Positions 40,294-53,486 of a DNA stretch of 64,000 bases are shown here, in pieces (position 1 is the first letter of the stretch; the number at the start of each line of letters is the position of its first letter). Made by a program: the position numbers and the translations under genes. The stretch covers positions 996,229 through 1,060,228 of the forward strand of contig NMRA01000063.1 of assembly GCA_002633005.1 (NCBI GenBank), read 5' to 3'. The notes below the pieces were generated by a model that saw nothing but the letters and a program-made list of their open reading frames with translations, was not told the origin of the DNA and searched no databases. The stretch is from Phoronis australis. Its lineage: Eukaryota > Animalia > Phoronida.

Positions 40294-41291
40294 TGGCCTT
40301 AAATAAAATCCAATACAAGCTCATGACCATGTATTCAGAATCGTTGCGGTTGTCAGTGTTCCCGGCGAAATGGGCGTTGTTTTGCCTATAATACCGCGAC
40401 CTGTTTTCAGGGTTTTACGGTAGGTTTTAGTGTTCCGTGAGTATACAAATCGCTTAGTATGAAGTGTCACCTGCAAATTTTGGCATGGTAAAACTTGATT
40501 GTTAAAGATACATATGTACGCATGCATTATGAGGGTAAATAGAAAGGTGTGAATCAAGTGACATCAGAAAACATAATTGTTTGACAAATACCAGTGTGAG
40601 CTGTATTTAATGTTGTGAATTGAATGCGAAAGACTGTCTTAGACTTAAAACGTTTCACTGGCCTCTTCCCGCTTGTGAAATTTGACTGAATATAGACACC
40701 GTTCTATGTTTAACGCTGTAACGTTCAACTAAAACAAAGGTTTGTGCATTTATGACAGAAGTAATGTGGAATGAAGCTTGCAAGAGAACAACTTCAACGA
40801 CTTTGTTAGTTCTGAATTTTGAGCTTGGCAAAACAATTCAAGGGGAGGTCAAACGTACTTCGCTATATTAGTCTAAAACCCTTTCGATTCCATGACGACA
40901 GAGTGCAAGTAGAGACGTTTGATTTTAAAGACAAATATACTAGTAGTTTTACGCTTGAGTAGAAGTGCAATTTCAGTAATGCAATTTTGAATTGGAAATG
41001 TGCCAAACACCAGTTGGATAACCCTCGAAGTCTTCGAAAGCATGTCCAGTATCAAAACATGTACAGCTAGTGACAAATCACTCAAATCAAGGTTTTGAAA
41101 AAGCACTGCCATTTCAAGCGCACAACTCTAACCAATACATCTCTGACATCTTTCAATTTTATGTTCCTCAGGCTTATGGTTTCAGAAACTATGTTATGGT
41201 AACAGATTTTAGAGTATTAGACTTAAAAAAGGCCTTTCATAATTCATAGCACATCCTTGAGCACTTAGAGCTCTTTTGTTAGAGAATCGAG

Positions 41292-41461
41292 GATCTCAAT
41301 CATTGACTGGTGATACGTTTCACGAGATCTCAATCATTGACTGGTGATATGTTTCAAGAGATCTCAATCATTGACTGGTGAAATGTTTCACGAGATCTCA
41401 ATCATTGACTAGTGATATGTTTCACGAGATCTCAATCTTTGACTGGTGATATGTTTCACGA
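41292..41461. repeat. 34-bp tandem repeat x5
   Basis: GATCTCAATCATTGACTGGTGATATGTTTCACGA. Confidence 0.95.
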
Positions 41462-41548
41462 AAATCTAAAGCTGCTGAAGTTCAAGGATTCTCGTCCGTT
41501 TTTAGCAATCCCTTTGTTTATTTGTGATGATGATGGCGACATTTACTT

Positions 41549-41772
41549 GTTGAGTGGGCGATGGAACCATGTCATCAATATTGAGTGGGGGGTGGAACCA
41601 TTACATCCATATTGAGTGACAATGGAACCATTTCATCGATATTTATTGGCGATGGAACCAATTCATCTTAACTGAGTGGGCGATGGAACCAATTCATCTT
41701 AACTGAGTGGGCGATGGAACCATTTCATCTATACTGAGCGGGCGATGGAACCATTTCATCTATATTGTTGGC
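41549..41772. repeat. ~31-bp tandem repeat x7
   Basis: TGAGTGGGCGATGGAACCA.TTCATC repeated. Confidence 0.9.
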
Positions 41773-42040
41773 ATCCATGATGTTAAGGTCTTCTTTCTGA
41801 TGAACAACTATTTTTGCATGAACATCCATTACATAACTGCTACTGCTATCCTGAATTACGATGCTTGAAGTGGGGGGGGGGGCAATCGCAGTCTTCGAAG
41901 GTTTTTGGTTGTGTCCGTGGAGGGGACCTATGTGCTATTAAGTACAAGGGACTCCTGAGCATTGCATCACGAGACTGGCTGTTATGGTAGTCGTGAACTT
42001 GTGTGTCGTTCTTCTTCCTAATTGAATCGATTGCAATATA

Positions 42041-42103
42041 GTTCTAGTGTCATGGAAGTATATTCTAGTGTCAGGGAAGTATATTCTAGTGTCATGGAAG
42101 TAT
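42041..42103. repeat. 21-bp tandem repeat x3
   Basis: TTCTAGTGTCATGGAAGTATA. Confidence 0.9.
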
Positions 42104-45100
42104 AACAACACAACTGGATGGAAGTACTAAAATACGACATTTATGCGTATTGAATATTAATCACAGATGCACACACTTTTCAAATGTGGAAAGCTTAGGA
42201 GCTCTTTGTCCATTATTATTTCCCTTCCAAGGTTTTTCGTTCTTTGCTCAACTACGTTGTCCACTATTTGGGTGTAAAACCCTTCTCCGTAGTTACACCC
42301 TGCTACCCTATGTTGAGTTTGCGCTCATGAAACTTCATAAGGGTAAGTGTGGCCTAATTGCGTTTGTCGGAGCTCTCCATTCGCAAATTTTCTCCGAAGT
42401 TCAGTTGGTGTCTCCAACACGGATCCCTACAGCATGGGCTGCCAATGAGATACAATTTACATTGTCTCCTCCACAGAGCATCTAGAATGGAGTTGGTCCT
42501 CAAACGACATTTCTAATCTCAGAGTGTTTTTTGTATTTCCTTAATTTCAATTATTTTGCATTTCCATATCAACACTTGTTTCGGTTAATGCAATTGATAA
42601 GACAATAATTTTCCACTCGAGTGGACGTGTCCGTGTATTTAATATCATGGTACATACATGTACTATTTACAATTTACACGTAATCCTCTTATAGACTGGT
42701 TATGTAAACACCCCGGTGTTCTGTTAATGTGAATACTGACATAAGTCGAATTAAAGAAATTTAATCTTATTAAAAGTCATAACTGGGAGAATGCGAAGGT
42801 CACTGAAATAGCGGGTTTTTGAATTCGGTTGATGCTCATAGAATTTCGCGTGGTGATTACTTTTCTCGTTCAAGAACGAGGGGAACATTTTAGTACTGAT
42901 GTTTGGACTGCTTGGCGTGCATCAAAAACGGCTGAACCAACTGTATGCTCCCCGATGGCCATCGACCTCTGTGCAGATAACTGACAGTTACATATGTTAT
43001 TTGTTTTTGGGAATGGGCGCTATATTTGTAGAGCAGTAGGAGGCCAAACGCTGATGAAACTTTGACATAAAGTTTTGCTGACAAAGACATGTTAGAAGTA
43101 AACAACACATGGCGCAATAACTCACTGTTTGCCGGGGAGTTGCCACAAACTCAAAATTGCGAGGTATCGAAGTAAATATCGTGTAATTAAGCACCACTCT
43201 CGTTCATTAATATCTACTTAACAGTGTAGGATCTAGGATATCATAAGGGTGGCCCAACATTTTGTCTCAAAGCACGATTACATGCTCGCACCCAGCCTGA
43301 AAAATAGGGTGGCACTCAAATTTCTGGACCTTCTACTAAAAAACAGACGGAGGACTAAAAAACCGGGAAAATGATTGCGCAGGTCGTCTAAGCCCCCCCC
43401 CCCTCAGCCGGCATGTTAATTACCAGGGTTAATTAATGAACTCAATGTTTCCTCACGCTCTTGTTTTATTGCTTTGCGGCAGCCAAGGGGGGGGGACGGT
43501 CCCCTGGCCAACCCCCCAAATCCGCCTATGCCTAATATGGTTTACACTGTCCAATGAAAAGCATGGTCTCATACACAGAACAACTTTGTGTATGTGTGCT
43601 TCCATGGAAGCTACTTGTGATTGAGGGATTGTTTGACCATTTAAATTGGTCATCTCTAAACGCTTCCACTTTTAGAACCTTGTATAAATTTCTTCAAAAA
43701 TCTCGACTCTTGACCAACATGTAGCCCTAGAATAAGACAGTCTGGGAATGACGGTTACATTTGATTCATATGATCTAGTAGGATTTGTTCTGGGATTTGT
43801 CATTTAATTTATGCTTTCTTATTTCACTGTATTCACAAGTTGTTATTTAGCCTCATGACTCAATCACGAAATTATCGTCTGTTAGCATGGTAAGACTTTG
43901 CTGATTGCACCTCAGCTTATGCTACTCGAATACGTATTTTGGCGTATGTCCGACTAGGATGAAAAAGGCTTGTGTTTTCACAAAGCCAAAATCAAGAATT
44001 GACTGAGAAAACAATATAAATTTGCTGAAGATTCAAGTTTATCATGTGTAGCAGTGCGGAAGAATAAAGAAAATGAAAACTTAAACCTCCCGAAGCTTTA
44101 TACGCGCAGGCGAAATATTTATTGTGTAACCATAAACCTGTATTCAACTTGAAGGCCTTAGAATTTCTCCGGATATATACTGTCAGTCGATGTTTTTCTT
44201 GTGTTTTCTGCCAAACAGCTATGGTGTGTATTATCATAATCACTTAAGTATTGACTGACCAAAATTATTTCATGAAAATATTGGATTAAATAAAACAAAA
44301 CAGCACGTGTTGCAAAGATAGATTGCATAGGTCGACGAAATGTTTTCTATAAGAAAATTCAAAACTTTTACTCGACTATAAGTCCCGTTGTTGGGAATTT
44401 ATGGTATGCACCGACAAGTTGGAAGTTCTTGACAGACATCACCATGACAAAACATTGGGCTTGCTGTTTTTACAAATTATCACTTTCAATTCAATTCGTT
44501 GGGATTTTGTGAGTGTGTTTTATGTCCATTAGAGCTACTACTGCAGTAACCATCTTTTTACCTGAAAATGAAATTTGTTCTTTAGGACAACAAAATTACC
44601 ATATCCTAAAAACAAGTTTTCAAATTGAAACTATCATTGTGTTTAGTATTGATTCATGAATTATTATTATTACTATGAAGCACGAATGATGTAGCTAGTT
44701 ACGTTTCAGAACAAATTGAACTGTGGTTTGGAAACAGCAACTGAGAGTACGGAAATATGAAATGCGAAGCAATGAGAATATATGTGTCTGTATGCAAAGA
44801 GAAGTGTGCCAGTATTAATTTGAAGCTTCTCGCAAAGATCAAGCGTCATTTTCGCAATTTGCTTACTAAATTAAGATTTAATTGTTGAGACCTGATGGAG
44901 CGCAAGGCAAAACTTGGGCTATTTCTAGTGTTATAGCGGTACACGATATTAGCTTGGACTAAGAGTAAAAATGACTTAACCTTCATGAAAACTAAACAAC
45001 TTAAACAAATTTGAAAGTTCACCGTGTGTTGATTTCACAGGAAAATGATAGGGTTCCGCGACGTATTGAATTAATGTCTCTTCTTTTCGGATACATCGTG

Positions 45101-47587
45101 AAAGACCAAAACATGGGACCAAAAACTTTTGGCGAAACCAGTACGGGGAGAAGTACTGTGTGGGCGGCTGGCTAAACTTGTCACCAGGTGACATGGAAGC
45201 AGTAGTCAGATTTTTCCGAAACGTTAACTCGTCTGTTGTCTTCATGATTGTAATGAATACCTAGCGATTTTCGTGAAGATCCCCCAAGGGATTAAACACA
45301 TAGAGTTGCAAGCAATAATTCAAAATCTAAAACCGCTTCTAGAGACCACTGAAGTAGTAAACACTGTAATTAGTGACTGATGAGGGGGGTAGCAATGGGG
45401 GTTGATTCTTCTCACTGGAAAATTCGCCTTCCAGAACTCACAAGTGCCTTTCCTCCGACATAAGCGAAGTCCCTGGTGCCTGTCGCGAGCGTATTGTTAA
45501 CTTCAAGTTGGCCACCGACTTTTCGTTGTTGCAAAAGCAGGGGTGTGATGACAGTAAGTGACATCTATCGGGATGTGTTGCAGTTTTTACAAGTGAGATT
45601 AACACGGACATTTTGAAAATACAATCAAGTATTGGTTGAAAATCGAAGTCGAACATCTTCATAGTTTTTGGTCAGTCTTTGAATAGTTATCATACAGGAA
45701 TAGACTTTCTGGACGAAGGATTCACAGAGCCCCCATATCAGGAATCGAGGCACGAACCGGGATCATTACTCTTGAGACCTTTGTAAAAACAATGTGAAGA
45801 TGAAAATTTACTAGCTGAAATCAAATGAGAGTGTGTGCTGGCTTAACAAAAATCGCTCGTCCAATAGTTTCACTGCCAATCTTTCACTTAGTGCGCGCAA
45901 ACCCTTTCGTTTAACTTAATCTGTGCGACTTGTTTTTATACTGTCTTTTATATCAAAAATGAAGCGCAAAGTGTTTTAAGATTAAAATTACAGTGGCAGA
46001 TCTAGGATACCATAAGGGGGAGCCAACATGTTCCATCGGGAATTGGGCAAAGCGTGCTTTTTAAAAAGACCGTGTCGTGTTGAAAAAAATCACTAACAAA
46101 ATAAGTTTTAACTAATATAGTTTGCGTTAAACTCATTTTGTGAAATTTGAAACCAAATGAAACTGCAAAAACCTGTTTGAGCATGCGCTTTCAGCTGGTT
46201 CAGCTTGTCACGTGCAGACCAGGCAATTTGGACAAGAGAGCACAAATGTACACAGTTTATACAGACATGTAACAGAGGAGAGTGACCGTAATGAACACGT
46301 CCGGCGCTAACTCGATTTAGATAAAAATAGTACAAAAAACAATTACAATCCTATTTATAAATATTTACAGCTTGGCTTCTCGTCAGAAATAACAACACAC
46401 TTCAATTAGTACTTGTGGCTAGCATATCAATGCTTAGTCCTCTCAGTTTACTACAAAATATCACCTACTATGTACAGCGTGAAAAAAAAAACTATTGACG
46501 AGCTTTCGTGTTCATCGTTTATGTTTTTATACTCGGATTTTGAGTTTAACTGTGGAACAGTTAATTAAACCGATTACCAAATTTTTAAATTATCAACCAG
46601 ACTAAAACTTTGATTTTTCGGTTACAACATGGTAAGACGTTGACTAGTGTAGTTCAATTAACTTGATAGGTGGTAAGAATGGAGAGAAACGCATGGAAAT
46701 ACCCAATTAAAGACATGCACATGTACACGGGAAAAGCCCAACGTGCTTAGAAATGTATCTATGCAAAACACTTAAACAAAAGTTTCGAGGTATCAAAACA
46801 TTGCTGCATACAAATAAATACAAGCATAAACAGTGCAAAGACAACTTCACATGATGTTGTACCAAGCCAGGGGACATCTTGTTGAAGGTTTTGTTTCAGC
46901 GAGCTGCCCGTATCTTACCGAGCATACTTGAAAACCTGGTTCTTGCCGGCTTACGCCATCTGGTGATGAAATTTCCCTAATCGAACACAAAATCCATCAC
47001 TTCTCCCCCTCTCCGGAACCGTCGTCATCATTTTAAGCCCTAAGTCACAAATTATTGACTCTAACCCGCTCTCCTGCTTGGGAATTCTGAACTCCTTTGT
47101 TTTAGCCAAGCATTCTACCACTAGACGACGCATTTTTAAAACAAAACCATGCTCTGTTACCATGGCCAAGCCTTACAACTTCGAAAGTATACAAAATCGA
47201 CGAGCATGACTATCGGCTAGCAATCGAGTGTTTGTGAATAAAGGTATGCTAACTTCAACTCTATGAGCACTTTCTTGACTAACATATTGAGAAAGCATTT
47301 TAACCAAATAATTACTTCCTTATCTCCCTACAGTGCCGTCCATAATACGAGCTACCTTTGAAAAATCTACGTTTGAAAGAGTTTGTCGCTAGGTTCGGTA
47401 GTGGTGTGGACGCTATTTGCGCACGTGCAACAAATTAACTCTCAGAGGGAAGTATTGTTTTGCCTCACTGTAATGTAAAAGGCTAGTACGGTTATAAACC
47501 TCTCAACAAGATTGACGCTGGCGGAGCTATATACTAATGCGCCTAATTTACGCACACGAAACGAGGCTTTCTACGATAACTCTGTTA

Positions 47588-47745
47588 ATGGCTTATCGGC
47601 ATAATTGTGTTCCGCGTTGCTCGAACTGCAATAGAAAAAATATGGACATTGAGCTGCCTTTTTGCAATCCCTAAGGATGTTGAGATTTGGAAACGTCGGG
47701 TCGTTGCCATACGCCGCGACGAAGGAAAATATTTCCGGGTAAAAT
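47588..47745 (+). pseudogene. THAP-domain relic (N-terminal half)
   Basis: MAYRHNCVPRCSN, then a frameshift to FAIPKDVEIWKRRVVAIRRDEGKYF, matching the THAP pattern C-x-x-x-C...FP.D.....W...IRR. Confidence 0.55.
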
Positions 47746-48964
47746 TTGTAATGCATTCGAAAAGTTTGATCACATTTTGTCGCTTCTCGGTTGCCGAGCA
47801 TCATAGCAACGACCTGCGAACCTTCGTCCAGCCAGGCTGTGTTTTGTTGACTACGGGAAGAAACGTGATGCATTTGTTTCCAAAAAGGACAGGGCCTTCA
47901 ATCCCTCGATTTTGGGGCAGAATATCGGCCTTAGTCCTCTCTCAAAAATATTGAAAATCGCGCAAAATTCCCCCCCGCACGAGGCCTAAAAATTCCCCTA
48001 AAGTGACTGAAAATTTCCCTCCGAATTTCCATACATATCAGAATGTTTAGATGTATCTAACTAATCCCAACTTATCTCAACTTATCCTGCCATCACCGCT
48101 GAGGCAAACCTGTTGCTGACATTATGTTTTTTATCAAACTCCCCCTGCAGGTGGCGCAGCGATTAGTGGAAATAGTTCAATTAGTATATTAGTTGGTTTA
48201 TTGTCCAGGCTATGCTGTGAACGAACGAACGAACGAACGAACGAACTAGGTGTTTTCATTATAAAATTCAACTTGGTCCGGACTGATATTTGAAACCTAG
48301 CACATGAAATAGATGCAAGAATTATGAAAATCAAGAAAGCAGAATTGATGGTCAAATAATTTTTAGCTTCAATTACCAGCCTGTTTTTTATTTTAATAAA
48401 AAAATAATTTTAATGCGATCAACCACTCTTGCAGGTTAATGACAAATCAAGTGTTAGTCCCGGTAGTCCCAACTCATACCAGGACCTAGGCTATGCTTGA
48501 TGTTAATATTCTTGATCAACAAATTAAACCAGATATGACTTGCACATGGCGGCAAAATGCGATAAGCCACCACTGTCAAATATATCTTCAGCTCGTCAAA
48601 AATACTATCAGATGACCTGGTTCGTGTAGAAAGCATTTTTATCAACAATTTACAAGAACATAACCCCGCATTCAGCATATACCTAATCCGAAACACGATT
48701 GTCGCAATTTGGTCATATTTACTTTTCATGTTTCGAAACTAGTTTTCTGAAAAAAAAACATATTACCCTTTCGTCAGACAACTCTTTGCTTCATTGACTT
48801 GTTCTCTAATGTATCTGTGGTTAATTATTGACACATTTTTAAGATTCAATATCCAGGTTAGAGTCGAAAGACCAGCCATTTAACTCACTCAAAGTCAACT
48901 TCCGCTTTGTTTATCGCAGTGAGCCTGCCTTTGTATTTTAATGTCCGCTGCGTGAATTAAAAGT

Positions 48965-49168
48965 ATACACACACACACACATGCATGCGTGCATACATAC
49001 ATACATACCTACACACATACATACATACATACATACATACATACATACATACATACATACATGCGTGCATACATACATACACACATACATGCGTGTATAC
49101 ATACATACACACATACACACATACATACATACATACATACATACATACATACATACATACATACATAC
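48965..49168. repeat. (AC)n/(ATAC)n microsatellite
   Basis: Direct reading. Confidence 0.98.
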
Positions 49169-49169
49169 G

Positions 49170-50760
49170 AGAACTGTCGTTATTGCATTGTTTTCTTATC
49201 TTTAAACGTTTGTTCTCACTATCAACTCGAACCGCCATTTTCTGGCATTCAGCAGCCGCAAAACGGAGACATATCCGTACACCTGAAAGGGAAACCGCCA
49301 ATAATAAATAAACCATTTTTGAAACCTGAGCCATAATTTTTGTCGTGCTGTTTCCCTAATAACCGTGACAGATATGTTGCTATCATGCATGGGACGGCAT
49401 GAGAGAATTTTCGGACGGATCCGACTACCGGTGTGGCACCTAGAGGCAATTTCAGTTTTCTTACGTTTAGCTCTTATCTTCGGTGTTTTTGAACGGATTT
49501 TCATGACGTATCTATAAGGAAGACGCACCCTCACGTTTTCGAACAGATTCGACGTATTTTACGTCACCTGATGACCATTTTTTACTGTTTTCGAGTCTGT
49601 TTTTGCCGTCTACCCCTCTATAGGCCAAACCATTTTAAAGATGATGAAAATTGACATAATGTTTTTCGGACGACTCCCACTACAGTGGCTCCTCCTAGAG
49701 GCAATTTTGTTTTTTTTTTGCATATTTTCGGGTAGATCCAACCGTGGTTGCGCTCCCTAGTGGAAATTTTATTTCTTCCTGTTTCCCTTTGTATCTTTGG
49801 AGTTCTTGGACGTATTTTTATGAAATTTGGCGAATAGATTTCTATTAAGGCGATGACATCTTTCCGTTTTCAGATGGACTTGATGTATTACACGCCACCT
49901 AGTGGTCGTTTTAATTGTTTTGAGCCTGTTTTTAGCCTTCTCCACTCCGTCGGCCAAATAACTCTAATTGACATAAATGTATGTGTTTTTACTGGGAAGA
50001 GGACGCTTGACGATCATTTTTGGACATTGCCTCCTTGTGGCAGTTATGTTTTCTTTGCGTTCGTGGCTGCATCACCTAAACCCTCTACAGGATCTTTGTT
50101 AAATTTGGCAAGTGTTTTGCATGAAGGTGGCAATGGATGGCGACGACGTTTGGCCAGATTCAACTCCCGCTGTGCCCCCTAGTGGCAATTTTATTGTTTC
50201 CGTTTTCCGCCGTATCTTGGCGGTTCCTTGATGATTTTTTATGAAATTTGACAAACAGGTTTCTTCTAATGAGGCAATGACACCCTTTTGTTTTCAGATG
50301 GATTTGACTTGGTGACGTAGTGGTCATTTTTTATGTTTCAGTCTGTTTTAGCATCCATTGCTCTATCGGCCAAACCACTATAAGAATCTTTATGAAAATT
50401 GGCAAATGATTTCCTAATGGGATGAGGATGGTTGACGATTTTTGGACAGTTTGATTACAGGGGTGCCCGGCCCTGGTGTCAATTTTTTTTCGCATTCATT
50501 GCAGCGGTTTCTCCCTGCTAGATCTCAGTGATATTTGCCAAGTGTATTTCTATGAACTTGACAACAGATGGCGACGTTTGGATGCATCTGACTACCACTG
50601 TACCGCCCAGTGCCAGTTTTATTTTTTTACGGGCTTGGCAGATGTGTTACTTTTGAGGAGAGGTCGGACTTCAGCACTCAAAGGGTTATTGGCGAGTAAA
50701 GTGATTTCCGATATCAGCCTAAGCATCAAATTAAGCATGCGGCCCCCGCAGTCTAATGCA
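49170..50760. repeat. Internally repetitive non-autonomous element carrying CTCF-like motifs
   Basis: Recurrent TTTATGAAATTTGGC, TTTTCAGATGGA, TCGGCCAAA and CCNCCTAGWGG blocks at roughly 140-bp spacing. Confidence 0.6.
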
Positions 50761-51411
50761 GTGGTAGCGAAGACAAACGCAAGTAAGGTAAAATCCCCAG
50801 CATTGCACAAACAAATAATGGAGACGAAATCACTGATCAATGGTGTCGGCAAATGGATAAAAGGGCGGTTGAAAGAGTTCCTTTGTGTTTTATTACCGGG
50901 TACAAGTACCTAATTATCACAGTTGTCAGTCAGACACACTCATTGAAACCAAGGCACTAGTTACTTTTTATTCATGTTATCGGATATCGTGACCTTTGAT
51001 ATCTGTTTTAAGTCTGATGTAGCACTAAACGTGTTATCTTTCAGTGTTGGGGGTTAAAAACTGGGACACACCTGACCGTCTAGGTCACAATCAGCAGACG
51101 CTAGTAAAGGTAAGTTAAGCCGTGAAATGTGTGTGCTTAGCTGTCCTTGTGTAGGGATTGTTCCAGTACATCCAAGTTTGGTCCGTTGCATTTTTAAATA
51201 GTTCCAGTTGAAGTTCTCTATTCGCGAGTATTTTTGCCCATAGTACGTTTTACTTGTTGTGAGGGCATTGCACAACAGCTGTAAGACCTAACAGGTTTGC
51301 TATATCGATAATTGCCGATCACCGTGAGGAAGTATAGACCTAAAAAAAGTTGTCGCACAACTCAAAGCTTCGATTGTTTGCTTTCAGACAACCGGACTGT
51401 GTTGCACAGCA

Positions 51412-51802
51412 ATGGATGGAAAAATGTTTCTCTCCCGAGTTATATTTATGAGCTTTTTTGTTGCTGCACGTTGTGAAAGTCTACCAAATATTGTTATCAT
51501 AATCGCTGATGACCTTGGCATTGGAGACATCGGATGCTTTGGAAACGACACTATCAAAACTCCAAATCTAGACAACATGGCGCGCGAAGGTGCTCGACTC
51601 ACGCACCATTTGGCCGCTGAATCAGTTTGTACGCCAAGCCGAGCAGCACTTTTAACCGGTAGGTATCCGGTCCGAATTGGCATGGCAAGCACAGAAGAGT
51701 TGCCAATGATATTCTTCTTATCAAGTACAGCAGGATTACCTCAAACAGAGACAACAATAGCAGAGATGGCCAAGTCGAAAGGCTACTCAACAGCTCTCAT
51801 TG
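51412..51802 (+). CDS. STS: Steroid sulfatase / arylsulfatase D-H-like, first coding exon
   Basis: Signal-peptide-like N-terminus. PNIVIIIADDLGIGDIG, TPNLD and the formylglycine signature CTPSRAALLTGRYP are present. Donor G|gtatgt. An acceptor at 51387 implies an upstream UTR exon. Confidence 0.93.
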
Positions 51803-52269
51803 GTATGTAACAACATCTATTTTTCCAGATAATTTGAGAAAATAAGCGTAACAATAATTTTATCAACGTTTTCAGTTACTCTGACATTGGAATAATTTCA
51901 ATACAGTTCGACTTGTAAGCAATATTTATTAAATTTACACGATTTTGTCTCATTCTGCCTGGAGATAAGACATGACAAGTTTCGAAGTACGAGACATTTT
52001 AAAGGATTACTATAATGTTGTTCGCAATAGGCGGCGAGATGATGTTAAGCATTCTGTTTTGTTTTCAAAATTTGAATAATTGTAAATATAGATGATGTGA
52101 CAAACAACCTGCTCGACTGTTCAACATGTCTGAATTTATAATTACCGAATATTAACTGACAACTTAATATTTTATTTAAACATGTACATGTGTGTACGTG
52201 TCTCCATTGGCTCAACTTAAGAATTCTCGCAGACCAATATACGGGTAGGTATGCGTGTCAATGCCGGTG

Positions 52270-52656
52270 TATGTGTGTGTGTGTGCGCGCGTGTGTGCGT
52301 GCGTGCGTGTGTGCGTCTGAGAGAGAGAGAGAGAGAGTGTGTGTGTGCGTGTGTGCGTGCGTGCGTGCGTGTGTGCGTGTGCGTCTGAGAGAGAGAGAGA
52401 GAGAGNNNNNNNNNNNNNNNNNNNNNNNNNNNNNNNNNNNNNNNNNNNNNNNNNNNNNNNNNNNNNNNNNNNNNNNNNNNNNNNNNNNNNNNNNNNNNNN
52501 NNNNNNNNNNNNNNNNNNNNNNNNNNNNNNNNNNNNNNNNNNNNNNNNNNNNNNNNNNNNNNNNNNNNNNNNNNNNNNNNNNNNNNNNNNNNNNNNNNNN
52601 NNNNNNNNNNNNNNNNNNNNNNNNNNNNNNNNNNNNNNNNNNNNNNNNNNNNNNNN

Positions 52657-52688
<32 letters not shown>

Positions 52689-52690
52689 AT
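52270..52690. repeat. (GT)/(GA)/(GCGT) microsatellite spanning assembly gap (N 52406-52656)
   Basis: Direct reading. Confidence 0.97.
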
Positions 52691-53291
52691 GTATTTATGT
52701 AACTATGTATGCATGCATATTCATTTGTATATTGTATAGAAGCTGGTCGTTGTGTTCAAACTCTTGTAGATTATTTGATGAAACTCAAACGTAGTTGAAG
52801 ATGAGCTGCGTATTATGGCTGACTGTTCATTCCTTTAAAGGAAATTTATTTCTTAAACTTCTCCCTAGGTACATAACTTTTCAAACCATGGCAGACTAGA
52901 AGCATTGAAATTATTATTTCAGCCTGTTCCTACACAATTCACCACTCTTAAGTAGATGTAAGCATGCCCCATAGGAGCCAGTCTCGTGTGGTAATAGTCA
53001 CGAGCCTTTCTCATTTAATAGCGGGGTTCCCTCCTACGGACACCACAAAAATGCCGACATGCCCTTTTCAGGTTTTGCGCGGACATTTTTCCTATTAAAA
53101 TTGTGATTGCCCCTTGCGACATTCTGGATCAGACAGTGTTGAATTTATATAACGGATATTCATATTGTGAAAGTTGTTTTTACGAAAATAATTTAACTTT
53201 ACAATCAAACAAGTTTGAAATCAACAAATACCTAGTTTAAGATTTATATTAGGCAAACTCGTAATGTAAAGGAGTAGTCGCACATGAACAT

Positions 53292-53486
53292 GTACAGGTT
53301 AAATGTAGAGAATCGTCGCTAGTACTGTGTACATACATATATACAGGTTAAATGTAGAGAATCGACGCTAGTACTGTGTACATACATATGTACTGGTTAA
53401 ATGTAGAGAATCGTCGCTAGTACTGTGTACATACATATGTACTGGTTAAATGTAGAGAATTGTCGCTAGTACTGTGTACATACATA
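53292..53486. repeat. 49-bp minisatellite (4 copies; fifth resumes at 56646-56700)
   Basis: GTACTGGTTAAATGTAGAGAATCGTCGCTAGTACTGTGTACATACATAT. Confidence 0.93.

Noticed and set aside
41292-41772. Regularly spaced 31-34 bp repeats resembling CRISPR arrays (also 2981-3080, 25078-25272, 53292-53486)
   Set aside because: Head-to-tail units with no unique spacers, no cas genes and a eukaryotic context.
48938-49336. ORFs with (MYVC)n / (HTYI)n repeats
   Set aside because: Translation artefacts of the (ATAC)n microsatellite.
52190-52794. Long ORFs across 52.2-52.8 kb
   Set aside because: Composed of microsatellite and an N gap.
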